Positions 21,083 to 34,716 of a stretch of DNA of 64,000 bases are shown one piece after another. This DNA comes from Tubulanus polymorphus (lineage: Eukaryota > Animalia > Nemertea). Positions within the stretch are counted from its first letter, which is position 1, and each line of letters begins with the position of its first letter. The notes below the pieces were generated by a model. The model ran no database searches. It saw only the letters and a list, made by a program, of their open reading frames with translations, and was not told the origin of the DNA. The stretch spans positions 22,920,299 through 22,984,298 of the forward strand of contig NC_134025.1 in assembly GCF_964204645.1 (NCBI RefSeq), in the 5' to 3' direction. The translations under genes were made by a program, and so were the position numbers.

Positions 21083-24000
21083 TTATATCTGTAATTCAAC
21101 AGCCGTCAAGTTGTTGCAGTAAGCAGCACTACGATTGGACGCGAGTTGTGGACTAGTAGATGGTGATATTTCGGGTGCTACTTGTACCTGACTAGCCTTG
21201 TATTTGTTAAAGAAGACTATGGCAATAACTATAAGCGCTATCGTAGCCAATGTTCCGACAACACTGGCCACAATCACAGGAGCCAGTGAAGAATCGTCGT
21301 CATCATCCCTTCCGCTATCGGAGATTTTCCTGCGAACAAATGGAATCATGTTAACTAAAGATTTCAATACGATTCAACCGAAAGTATTTTCCTTTTTACG
21401 ACCCATTCTAAAACTTACTTAATTCCAGATGCAGCCAACTGTATCCCATCCATATCAATGCTAAAATTACCAGACCTTATAAGTCTATACAGAGTATTGT
21501 AAATATCCATGGATGGTGCACCTTAAAGTCAAGAATATACAGGCCTATGAATGAACAATGCAAAATTTGACGCTGTTAATTCCAAGATTTATCAAACTTG
21601 CACACATACCATCGGATGCATTCATCGGGGGTAAAATTTTGAATGACACGTGAACACTTCCCGGTGATAATTTCACATATTGAATACGATGAGGCGGAAT
21701 ATTCGTCCACAGGATAATAGCACTGATTACTTTATGCTTGAAGACTTCGGTTTTGTTGTGCTTCACTAAGTTAGCGTACTTGACGTTTTTAAATGTAATC
21801 ACAACCAATATTATATGCTTCTTTGCTGAAAGTGAAGATGGTTTTTCTTTAACGCAGTCATTTTGTCCTCAAAAAGAAGTAATGGTACGTAATTCACGTA
21901 CAGCCAACACCTTGAGCACCAGCCCATGTATGTCAATCATCCACCCGGGGCCTGAATTTTGACATTTTGATGGGCCTGGAAACATGATTACATTCAAGAA
22001 ATTTTCAGCATTTTTTCTTCATATCTTCTTTTAAATTCCTCATCAGAATGCTCATTCATACCAAAATTTGAATCAGAATTAGCCAAAAATCAAAAATCTC
22101 ACCCGCTCGGAGCTGGATGAATATAGCACGCAAACGTTAACAGGTAGAACTACGCGGGTCGGCACCAAGGTATGTACCCTACAAACATAGATCCACATGG
22201 TTCGGCGCTCAAGGTGTATAGACAAAATAATAAATGGTGCTGGTGACTAACTATTTATCATAGTATTTCAAAAGGTCACCGTTCATTGAAAACACGGTAT
22301 ACATACGCGGAAGTGATGTCAATGATGTAGAGACAGAGACTGGACTAGATGTCGTGTGCGTAATAACAGGCGGGCATAAAATCTCAGAATAGGATGGACA
22401 GTTTAAAATACTTATAGCACCAGATATCTGAAATAATGAAAAATTATCAAATTCTGGTCGAAATCGAATTTTCTTGTGTCGTACTAGGTTGCAGTACTGA
22501 TCAACTCACATTTACTTCAATACTTTTCCCTTGCGGACAAATATACGATTCGCCACCTACAAATATTTCGATTGTGCGGTTTTCATCACAGCGTCTCGGA
22601 AAACAGGAACCCAACATTTCCGTTGAGCTAGTATTAGCACCCTACAAACATATACCGCATATATTTCACAAAGATTGGCTTATGTAGCCCCAGAATTACC
22701 AAATATAACATATGACTAGCCCATTATGGCTTACTTACATTTTCAGTAATGTTTGAAACTAAACAAGTATCAACGACTGAAATACTACCATCTTCACGTA
22801 CCATCTCACTCATTATGGTAGAAAGATTATAACATTGTTGCTAAAATAAAATATCATAGCATCCATAACAAAGAATATCTGATCACTCAATCTTTGACAT
22901 ATTTTCGCAACAAATTTCACCTCCCATAACACAAGTATATACCGGTAACGTATACTAATGGATGATGTACCTTAGAATCGATTGTTTTGTAAACACGGCA
23001 GCCTTGCAGGAAAGAATCTGTTTCACAGGTGCCTTTATCTTTATGGAGGTAATGACAACCAACAGAACTGTAAATAGTAAGATAATGATGGATCTCTGGC
23101 GTGTACGGGTACCGAATGTTTTAAATTAATACTGGCATATATCATCAAAATGTTCCAGTGTCATATCAACATGTATAGCTGTATACCGGTAAGTCCCACA
23201 TGTCCACAACTCAAAAAACCAATCAAATCAGATATCTGATATCAAAACATTCTCAGTGAATGGAGTAATTCAATGATTTTAGCACTCGTTTACTCACTTT
23301 CCTTGGCAAAAGTACTTCTTGTCGTGAGCACAGTAAGCATCTGTACCAAAATCGCATCCACCATCTACAAAATGCAGCACAGAACTACAATCAAGGACTT
23401 TTACATCATTTTACGATGATCGACATAAACTGCATTTGATCTTTTAGTACCTTTGCCCCAGAAATAAGTGTCCACCATGCTATTTACTTTGTACCACCCC
23501 ATGTCTTCAAATAGTGCTAAAGTCATCGGATCTATCACAGTTTGTTCCGGCTACAAAGAAAAAGAAACTTAACTATAACTGGACTATTTTCATTCAGTAC
23601 AGTATACTGATAAGTGATAGGAAACGAATAGACAGATACTAACACGGCCCAAGGTAGGTGCCATTATTGAATCCTGCATAAAACGTGCATGCCAGTGTGA
23701 TGTTACTTTAGAACCCTGAAATACAATATACTAACTATGTGTATTCCATAATGCTATGCAGTATATTCAGCAGTAAAACAATCAGTAAAGTCGCCGAAAA
23801 TATACCTTCATTTGAACAGGCACACCAAATTGTGAACAGTTGAAATGTTTAGAAGCCACCTCGACAAGTTTTGGTGTCATTAGTCGATGAAATCCTTTGA
23901 TGATTTGCACGGTATCTATTCGATCTGGACATATTTTGCCAACATCTTCAATAAACCAAGGTTTTTAGAAAATATTTTCAACAGTCCGGAAGTTTTGAAT

Positions 24001-27000
24001 GAATGGAATACCAGCACTCACCAGATGGCACAACAAAACACTGGGTTGTTCTTAGTGAAAATTAGTTTTTCTATGAAATTTGACCTTGATTTTTAGGTTG
24101 CCAAAGCAAAAATTATCTAACTAGTCATCGGATAGATATAAGATTTTTTCTAACTCAATTTATGGTATAGATTTTACTGAAAATCGATAAACTAATGACA
24201 AAAATTGATTTTTGAAAATTGAAGCGTGGTAACCCAGTGCCACCAGCGATCCTGGAGGATTATCGCTGAATCTTCGTTGCCTATGTAGCGTTTCCAGTAT
24301 TCCATTGGTTTTACTGATGACAGTTCAATGTCTGCGCCCTCGGCAAAATCCACTATTTTGTATCAAAGAAAATTTTTTGGGCTACATTTACTACTACATT
24401 TTTTCATCACTGGTTGTCTCGTGATTGTAAATATCATCATATATGCACTGAATGTTTTTTTCTATGAAATAAATGAACTTGAACTTGTCCTAGATCCAGA
24501 AGACCGCATAGACTGCAACTATGGCTAAAACCAGTCTTCCCACAGAAATCAAAGAAAGTTAAATATCAATGTTAATTCCTAGCAAGTCTTTAAGAAAACC
24601 AAAACTTGTTGCTAAAGGCCTAACGGGCTTAATTTCAACATACAATACCTGTTTTCGAGCAATCTTTGAATTGTTTGAATAGATCTGACGTAAAGCCTAA
24701 CGCATGGAACATTTCATGAACAAATGCCTGTCAAAAGAGGAATAATATCAAACACATTGAAAACCGACAGACTTACATAAGACATTTTTCGAATATAGAA
24801 TTTTCAATAGTGGTACACTCACCTGAACTGATTTTTCCGGAGTATAATTTGGGATTTTTAAACTTTCTGGACAGACGTTAATCAAGCCAGCTGTAGGACG
24901 ATTGTTCTCATCTTGTTTGCAGTATTTCGCGAACGCGATCACACGATCCTTCTATAATGCAAAAAATAAATAAACTTTTAATCAATCATCAAATGTTCCT
25001 TGGCAAATTCAACGAACTCCGCCTAAAACTGTGAATCCAGTTCCCGAGTCATGGGTTAAATTGACTTATTTCAACCATATATAGTCTTAAATTATCTGAC
25101 TAGAACTTGCGGAAATGGGTCATGAAATTTTATACCGAATGTTCTGAATATTGCATGTATTGGAAATACCAAATATTCATTTACATCAAGGCAATTTCCC
25201 TGCATTTTCGCTTGGACGTAAAGAATGAAATCAGTATTATCAACGCCGATTCCAGCAGGACGGATAATGATCGGATCGGAATGCGTGTCGTTCCAAATGT
25301 ACAATCCAGCCAAGTGATCTTCGGGGATCTTGAATCCTTTATTAATGCAGTAATCGCCGGAGTAGCCCCTTCTCCATTGTGCGCATCTAAATCACAAGTG
25401 AAGATCGTATTAGAACATGAACATCTTTTAATCAAATATTGTTATTTTGTGTCATGTTAAAAAGTGGAAATTGAATCAACAAAAAACAATGACGACTGAT
25501 GTGAAATATCAGTGAACTAGGGATCCAGGGTCATCACCATGCCTACTTGGTGAAATGCTAAAAAAATCTGATGAATCCAATATTCAACAGCAGTTACAAA
25601 ATATGCATACCGGTAGGTACCAATATGAATAGGCAAATTTTAGGCCTATATAATTCAATACCTTTCACCCCCTGGCGATGAGAACAAAAGACTTGAAAAT
25701 GCCAATTCCACATGAAGAAGTGTGTAGTATGACAGTACTAACACTAATCATCAAATATCAAGATTATAAGTTGAAAAACATTGGAAATAAACCTTTCCCA
25801 TTAAAATTACGAATGAGGACTGATGAGACTCACGGAAGCCTGAGAACAAAAAGTCAGTCATCAATGATAAATCATGGCTGGCAATCAGCCTGGATTTTAT
25901 AATCATCATTGAAGAATGTGCAAATTATACAATTTGAATTAAAATAGAATTGAAGTAAAATATTAATTCATCAGATTCATTAAATCATGTTCATAAACAT
26001 TTCTACGGCGTGAATTTGCCTCTTCATTAAATGCATTAAAATTGCAATGCAGCGACATAAAGTTATGGCAACTACGCCGATATAATATGAAGTCTTTATC
26101 ATTATCATTATCGTAAATCACCCTACGCAATAACACTTGAAAGAAAGAGTGACTAAATATTGCTTGGGTTTCAACTGCAAAACTGGCATTTAGCAATTTT
26201 CAAGGACCGTTGAAATCTAAGTTGAAATAAAATATCATCAATACCCTCAGCGAAGCTAACAAACATGTAATTAGCCTACCAACAGGGCTACTTCATGAAT
26301 TGTTTAGATTCTATTGAATTGTCCACCAGTAATTGTCCACTGTTAAAATCTATATGTATATACATAAATACACATGTAAATGTATTGCATTCATTTCAAA
26401 AGGTTTCAAAAATGTAGCGATATAACAATTAATTTCTACTGAGACTGTGATTATTCAAAGGGTCCCGAAGCTAGCTTTCCAATTGATTAGTAAACATGTT
26501 TACTCAAAGACTAATCGGAGACCTTTATATTCAGCGAAATAGATATCTGCATATATGTAAGTCATCATGGCCTCTTTTAGTTGACTATATAGAGTTCTAC
26601 CCTTCCACACAATGATCTGGATATGTGTGTATACTTAAGAGTGTACAATTCACTGGCGCGATTCGCATATTTTACTAGTATCAAACGACTTGTTTACTTT
26701 GTTAGTTTCCATGGAATCAAAACATGACGCCGACTAGCTTTTCTCCGTTTCCAGGTAATCAACTAAAGGCCGGCAGACAGACGGGATATTTATCATGATA
26801 AACGGGCTACGCCGCCACCACGACAAGCATCGATTAAATGAAAATTGAATTTTCGTATTAGAAATTCAATATCGTTGGGGCGGATCCGAGGGAGGGGGGG
26901 TTTAGGTGGTATCGATCCTCCTGCTCTGTGTTTCGAAAATTTTCTGATAAGTGATATCAATCGTGTTACTTCCACTGTGAAAATACGTACTTTCCTTTGT

Positions 27001-27808
27001 TGGGACCCTTAGTATGAATGCTCAAGCAAGACCGTTGCGATCTACGTAAAACCAAATTTCCGTTCACCGGAACAACTAAAAAAACAAAACAAATAGAGAA
27101 GATCGATCGCTGAGTATTTTCACACAATGTTGGCGAGGGAAACCTGAAAAAATAAAACCTTTCTATTTAACTCCAGAAAAATGAACAATGTACAATTTTA
27201 GCCCCTTATAGTCATTTCCCATTCTCGTGTACCTGGAATTGAATAAGGTAGCCAACAAAAAATAATAAACCCATTCCATCCTTACCCATGGCTGGAGGAT
27301 TTCGATATTAACATCAACCCCTTTTGTTCCCAGACATGATGGGTTAATAAGGGACAGAATAAATCAATAAGAGATTAAGATACGTATCTAGAGTAAAAAC
27401 TCTAAAATGCATTTCAAAATTTTCACAACTCTTCTGTTCAACGTTGTTGCAGAAATTTACAAAAACTTGGCACGGATTTTATAAGAAATAATTACCTGAT
27501 AAAGTTTTTTCAACGATAGCAACGGATTCGTCAACAGCCAATTTCAATCGCTCAATTTCCACGGAGTTCAACTGCGTTTTCAACGCGAAATATAGCACCT
27601 TAATTCTAATATTCCGATAAGCCGCTTTTCTACGGTCTAACACGGTATTTTCGCCGGCATCACCATTTACAGAGCTGTCATTGCCATTAATCCTATTTGT
27701 CATGTTCTGCCCCGAAAACGCAGACATTTTACCGATAACGATAATAACGATGTACAACAGGTAGATAATCCATGCACCGAATTTTGGTCGGAAACTGATC
27801 CAAGACAT
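21083..27808 (-). CDS. CIROP: Leishmanolysin-family (M8) type I membrane metallopeptidase, CIROP/LMLN2-like
   Basis: Predicted exons: 27808-27496, 27075-26991, 25386-25185, 24951-24823, 24727-24649 (FVHEMFHALGF, HExxH), 23945-23806, 23715-23644 (SHW third Zn ligand), 23550-23451 (IDPMTLALFEDMGWY), 23364-23298, ~23067-22972 (GCHYLHKDKGTC), 22840-22739, 22641-22510, 22427-22307, 21825-21610, 21521-21419 and 21329-21083 (TM helix plus tail). There is an N-terminal hydrophobic segment. KIPEDHLAG, GVDNTDFILYV and GCHYLH.DKG.C match recalled CIROP better than invadolysin. Confidence 0.82.
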
Positions 27809-29543
27809 CGCAGTGTCCGGATGGAGGAACGACGGCAAGTTGCAGACATTAGAGTGACTTATTTTAACAAGTAATTTGCCTGCTATTCCTCATCCGTTGT
27901 CGTTGCATGCTGTTCCGCTCAGTCTACTGCTGGATATCTAGCTAGGGTTGTATCTGAAATAGATAACACAGATTATTATGAATTATAGGTTACGAGTATC
28001 AATCTCATTGTTGATTCATTCGCCCAGCGGCTTACAGAGATGGAGAGAGAGAAGTCATATTCTATCCACTGAGAGCCTGCCACTGAGCAGAGTCACCAGA
28101 TATCAATAAATTATTGACTACTACCAAAAATACATCCTCTTTATGTATTTCATTTTGTAAATTCGTGCTCCTTCTGGAACTTTGCTACCACCTGGGTTAC
28201 ATGTGAATCCCAGATTGACAAGGTTCAGGGCCATCAGTTTCCCAATTCATAGGTTTTTCTTTCCTGGCAACTGAGACCATAATGTGAAACGATTAAATGA
28301 GGAAGCAGTTAAAAGTAGAGAATTCAATTGGAAGAATATTAACAAAAAGATATGAATATCTTAAGATGAAATCCTTTGCTTAAATGTTAAGATAAAGTCC
28401 TTTGCTTATTTTGTCAGATCAATCCCGGCAGTAAACATTTTCAACGAAAAGTATAACAATGCTCATAGTTCAAGCGGTGTAATTTACGTTCAGCAATGTG
28501 TATGTGCCAACTTACTTAACATCAAACATGACCTTTTTATATTTTGTTAATAGGGCACTGATTTAATCCTGCTAATCATAAATAATCCAAAGCCCTTTAA
28601 AGTAATTGAATCACCCACGCACAGCAAATTATTTATAAATATTGAATATATCCCACTGTTTATCTGACAGCTAAAACCTTTAGGCATGAAACACAAAACC
28701 ATTACTTTTGGAGCAAACCCATAAATTTTGACAAAAAGATTCAACGTTTAAAAATCTATCTGAAGTACTAAAAGGAATAACAAATTGTCATGGGTTAACT
28801 GGTTGATTTTTATGCACCAATACACAAGGCCCAGTTAATCTAATTTTGAACGTGATTCAGAAGGCCTAGATGTGCCTCTTTGGCATGACATAGGCCTATA
28901 ATGTTCATGGAACTTTTATTAACCATTTCATACCAGAGTATTTGAAATACAGACTATTTATAATCTATGTGAATGGGTATGCTCAATGATATTAGGTAAA
29001 TCAACATGAAAAATTCACTGGCGCTGTTTGTGTTATTATATAAAAGTGGAGGTCTTATTAAATTCTATGGGGGAAAACCTGAAGATACAAAGCTGAAATA
29101 ATGAATACGATTACACACAAATTGCTTCATTCATGCAGGAGCAAATAACCAGTTTTTAGAATTTCCTGACATTATTGTAGTGGTTTAGTGTAGGCCTTTT
29201 TTTAGAAAGAATATTGGATAAATTAGTCAGAATTAGTAAGTGAGAATCTGAATTAAATGCTGCATTAGTTCGGTTTATATTATATATAAATTTCGTTTTC
29301 AAACTTTTTATTCGTAAAAAGTGGATTTTCATAATATCAAAGTTACTCAGTTCGGTATTTTCTGTGTTCGAACGTTTTAAAGCGATACATATTGCGATTA
29401 CTGGCCGTTCAAACATCGTCTACGCGTATATTTAAGTCATAACAACTCGCTAGAAAAATACTAGCTTCGAGATTTGATCGTAATAGAATCGTTAAAGGTT
29501 GTGTGCAGTGATGAAAATACTGAAAACGTGAGAAAAAACTTAC

Positions 29544-29710
29544 TTTAACCTGGCTCATAACACCGTACTGCTAAATGTCAGATTCGCAATTTTTTATGGT
29601 AGCGCTACCTGACGGATGACAAGCAATTCAATTCAATTCGCTATATTCAATGGCAATACAGAGGTTCAGAGGCGTTGCGCTTCAAACGAAAAATTCGTAT
29701 AATATAACCA
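29544..29710. promoter_or_regulatory. Probable bidirectional promoter between the CIROP-like gene and FIBP
   Basis: The genes are head-to-head. A minus-strand donor AAA|GTAAGT at 29544 could join the acceptor at 27953. Palindrome GGTAGCGCTACC lies at 29598-29609 and the FIBP ATG at 29711. Confidence 0.45.
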
Positions 29711-32700
29711 ATGATGAGTGATGTAGATGTCGACGTTTTTGTTGGGAACAATACTACTATCGACCCAGAGATTTATCAACTCTGGTTGGACGGTTATTCA
29801 GGTTGATATTTTCCCCTCTCCAAAAAACTGAAAAAGACTGAGCAAAATAGAATTTTATATTTGTTTTTCAATCGTACCTCTGAAGGCAGGTGATATTTCC
29901 ACTTCCTATACTGAACATAAAATACTACCATTAATCAGTGCTTGTCATAAAACGAACGATCGACAAAATCTCACAAATACCTTGTCAAGTTTGAATTTGA
30001 TACATTGGGATTTAGAGTTACAAAAGGTAAAATATTGTCTAAAATCCTGATAAGGGCATTTCTACCCTTGAAACGAGTAGGCCTACCTTTTTTCCCACTT
30101 CAGGAGCAAATGTAGGAAAATTGGAAGGTGTAGGTCGAAAAGAAAAGTCATTTCTCATTTAAAGCAATGGTGGTGTCCCAACTTCGGTACCGGTGAAAGA
30201 TACTTTTGAAAGAATGCATCCAAAAGATGCAATTTCCGAGCAAGAGGATGTGTTTCAGATTTGCAGGCTTCAACTTAAATGTCTCTCAATAAATAGGGCC
30301 ACCTCAATTGGAAGGCAAGGGTCTGAACCCGCGAGACCCCTCCCCCTAAATTGGCCCCTGCACTTATATAAAGTGGCAAAAGAGGTACTTCTTTCAAAAG
30401 TTAGATTTGCATCAATCATTCCTCCTTTAACAAATGGTAATCGCATATGTTGGTAGCCTAAACTCGAAACTAAAATCGGCCCATATCTTCTTAAACATTT
30501 CTTTATCATTTACAGCGCAAGAATCCGCATTGCGGTTTCAAAAACGAGGAATCCTGCAAAAGTACAACGTCTCGTTCGAAGTTTTACAAAGTGATATTCA
30601 GGATCACTATCGATGTTTCTGTATGCTGGAACGATTGTTGCACAACCCGCCACGATTAGCCGAACAACTCATCTACCAGATCGAACCAGAAACGCAAGGA
30701 TTCATTATAGAAAAGTAAAAATCTCTTTGATAAAATGGTGTTCAGTATTTGTAATAGTGTCCTATCCCATCAACTAGTTTAGTTACCTAATTGTTGCTTT
30801 TATAATCAGATGGGCTTATACCAGCTTTGTGGTTTGGGAAAATATCTGATCGTGAAACTAAACCACAGACAGGTTACTGACTAATCCCATTAGATTACAC
30901 TAATATACACTATTCTTCTCACTTACACCATTTACAAATTACACTGGCCTTATGGTTGGATACTCGTATGCAATTCAGTCAAATCTTCTTTTAGATATTA
31001 TGAATTTGATTCAGTTGTAATTCGAGAGATATTGGGGAAAAAATTGACAGCTAAACAGCGAAAAGATCTCGATGATGTCAGCGAAAAAACTCGAGTTCCA
31101 TTGAGGAGTTGCAGGAGACAGGTAGCCTAAAAATACTGATCTATTTTTGAAAGACATTTCTAAGTTCCAGGGTTAATATGACATCTTTTTGGAAAAATGA
31201 GAATGATCCAAACACTGGTACATGATTTAGAAAGACTAATTTCTGTTCTTTCGGGCTAGAAATTTTTTTGTGCTGTTATTGCTATTTCAAGCATTGTGCT
31301 TTCACCCAATTCAATCTCGCACTGATTGTGATGAAATTCGTTTTTCCACCTGTTGACATCTGAGACCAAATAAACTCTTACCATATTGTTTTACAATCCA
31401 GTTCGACAATGTGAAACGCGTTTTTAAAATCGTCGAGGACATGAAAGGTTCTTTAGTGGACAACATAAAATCGAATTTTCTTCTTCGCGGAAATCTGGCT
31501 AAGTAAGTTTTTTAGCCTGAATGCAGGCATACATTGTACAGTATACGGTATTTATCATTGTTGTATATTGAACCTCGGTTAATCTGTGACATGTGACACA
31601 AGCTTTTTAGTATGCAATGAGTGATGTACGGATAACAGATAATTAAAGACATTTGAAAGTAATCTAAAACCGGGCACCATCACTAAATGGTGGAGGTCAA
31701 TGAAAACCTGAGGTTGATCGTATATGCTAAATTCAGGCCTATATTAATCATTTCATTTTTCAGGCAATATGCTGCAATTGTATTCCTCGCGAACAATCGT
31801 TTTGAAACGGGAAAGAAAAAGTTGTTCTATCTGACATTTGAGGACTTTATCGGTTGTGCTGATCTGATGATAGCCTATTGGTCGTACGGATCATCAGGTA
31901 TACAAAACTTTTGACCCTGCTTGCTGTACTTGTTGTGTGAATGAAACGAACTGTTCATGCCAGGATTGGATATGCACGAGAGCATAAAGAGCATGTGCTC
32001 CGTTGCAATTTTTCCATGGCCATTTGAAAAACAGTGACAAATTTTTCTTTTATATTTCCTGTTACCCTGACGTCACTCAAGTGGCTAGAAATTGCTTTAG
32101 ATAATAAAATGCCCTGAAATTTCAAAATGTTCCGCCCTACCAAATTGGCTTTTACTTCGGCGCTGGCTCTACATGGTTACTTGTTTTTTTAACAGTGTGC
32201 CCTTTTCATTTCTTTTTGCTCCTTTCAAAGTTGGCCCCTCCATCTGCCCCTGTAGGTCTACACATCAGTACTTAATGCATCATAATAATTACTATTTTCG
32301 ATGATTCTACAATATAAACTGACACTGTCCCACAGTGTCAATCTTGGCAATATGCTTTCTATACCTATTAATTGATTTATCTATATACATTATGGGTTTT
32401 TTGCTTCACAGAAAGCAAACAACATGAAGATATGGATGTCGACTTCGACCGCGAATTCTTTCAAGAATTACGTGAATTGAAAATACTCACAGAAAAAGAC
32501 ATCATAGATGAACATAAAAGGTTAATTCGTAATCACTAATTGCAATATCAGTAAAAACAATATTTTACTTATATTTGTGGGGTGAATCAATATTTTTCTC
32601 TTTGAATTGCAGCTTAGTTTGTCAACAGTTAAAAGGAAAATTATCGGACAGAGTATACGCTGATATGGAATCAAATTTTAAAGTAAGCTCAATCAAAAGG

Positions 32701-33266
32701 CGCGATCCATTTGATGAAAATGTCCTAATGACTTTTTTGGGCTCAGTTTTGTGAAAATACTCACCGGTACTGAAAAATTAATTTCTTCATTATTTACTAG
32801 GTATTTCGGTGTAAGTTAAGGAATTTATCCTTTTTATGGAACTAGGCCCTGCTACTGTGTTCTTACTACCGGTACATTTGTATCTTCATGAATGATCTTT
32901 TTCCTTAGAATCACTCAAGAGTTCTAGTCAATATCGCTACTGGTCTCAATCATTCTAAAGAAGCAAGAGATTTTTTCATCGACGTCGTGGAAAAGTTCAC
33001 GGATCCTTGTCGTCAGATCGGTTGGACACACGCGGAAATATCGCTTTTTCTGAAAGTCTATGCCGAAGTAGGCATGCAGATAGAAAATTTTGTCAAGTAA
33101 GCAAATTACTTGCATTAAATTTGGAAGTGTTGAAGATGAAGATCATTTGATCAGAAGCAATTCTTTTTGTTTGTGTTTTTCTAGGGCAGGGCCGCAGTTG
33201 GTGAAATTGTGGGAGAGATATATACACACAATGGCCGGCTGTATAATACAATTATATCATGTTTAA
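29711..33266 (+). CDS. FIBP: Acidic fibroblast growth factor intracellular-binding protein, 9 exons
   Basis: Exons 29711-29801, 30516-30714, 30995-31121, 31402-31502, 31764-31897, 32412-32520, 32613-32682, 32909-33096 and 33185-33266. Hallmark peptides: [54 protein letters not shown]...LYH*. Confidence 0.95.
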
Positions 33267-34716
33267 ATGGATCTTGATGTTAGTGTTGATATTTTGTTAA
33301 TAAAAATCTCACGTAAACGAATTTTCCTGGTCTTAGTTTGTAAGTGTATTATTACTCGAGAAAAGTTCTCATAAGTCCTGTGGTATCACTCAATCATAAA
33401 GAACAGTTTTTAACCCACTCGGGTGTAGCCTCAACTCGCGATTGTATTCACTTTGAGTCTGTCCATCCATTTTGAGAAGTTTTGAAGACCTTCAATGGAT
33501 TGCGTTTATATTTGGTTTATAAGATATATACGTGCACCCTCCACACATCTGCAGCCCAATCAAAACTGAGATAGCTGACTGGCAACTGGTGTTGTTTACC
33601 AAGGAATAATGGCTGAATGTTGTATGGATTAACGAATAGTCATAAGTTCTTCTGGTTCCCTGAACTTTGAAATGCCTCTTTAAAATAATTCTGGTCCAAG
33701 AACTATCTCTTCCAACCAGGAATGACAGCTTAATGGATCAAATCCATCTACACCTTTATTTCATCTGTTCAGCATACCATTGTCTTTTCATGGGAAGGAT
33801 CTACTATATTACCATTCAAACTGATACATAACTCTACCTCTTGATAGCCAACGGATGCTTTCCTCTCAAATTGAATAATGCTAATATTAAGGTAGACTTT
33901 TTTATATTAATTTACTAACTTAAACAACATATAGTGCACAACAGTAGTGCAATTCAAATAGATCATAATGCCAGTAAGTACATAATAACTCAACATAATA
34001 AATAGAGGTGCATATGGCTAAAATGGCCATATATGGAAGTATTTTTGTCAGGAAATTGGCAGACACAATCATCATTAATAAGACAATTTGCATAATCTAT
34101 AGTTTTAAAAACGTACCATATGTTTATGGCACAGTTAACCATAATCTCAATCAGTATTACATATCTTAAATCTTTTCAGCAGTAGGCCTACATCATGGAC
34201 AATATTGACTAGCCAAGTGTACAGTATCACAGTTCTTTCAGTTCTCTAAACATAAAACTAATACAAATCTAAATATGCAACAGAACTTTTGGCATTTGTA
34301 TTGTTGGAACAAAAGCAAGGAAATATAAATTGGAAATAAAATGCAACCCAGTTTTATTTCAATCACCTATTCTATATCAAAGGTAAGGAATACACAGATT
34401 ATCGCAATAATGCCTAGACCGTGGAACATTCCTGTACAGCAGTGCCAGGATATTACACCTTGAGGACAATTCCGGTATCTAAAATCTATTTGTTCATTTA
34501 TTATTGACGCTCTCATTCCTAAGTCCATCTGCTGGCATAGTAATGGTGAAACTTGTAATCAGTGTAAGATGATGCGATAAATTTACTATGTATGCCTTAG
34601 ATCATACTATCCACACACTGAAAAGACAAATTCAGAGTAATTAGAAATAGATCAGCTCTTCAGGCAGAGATCATAAACCCTATCATTTACTAATAATCAT
34701 ACATACTGCTGATACG

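Noticed and set aside
21868-21872. Selenocysteine reading of the in-frame TGA
   Set aside because: No SECIS was identified, and a downstream same-phase acceptor bypasses the TGA.
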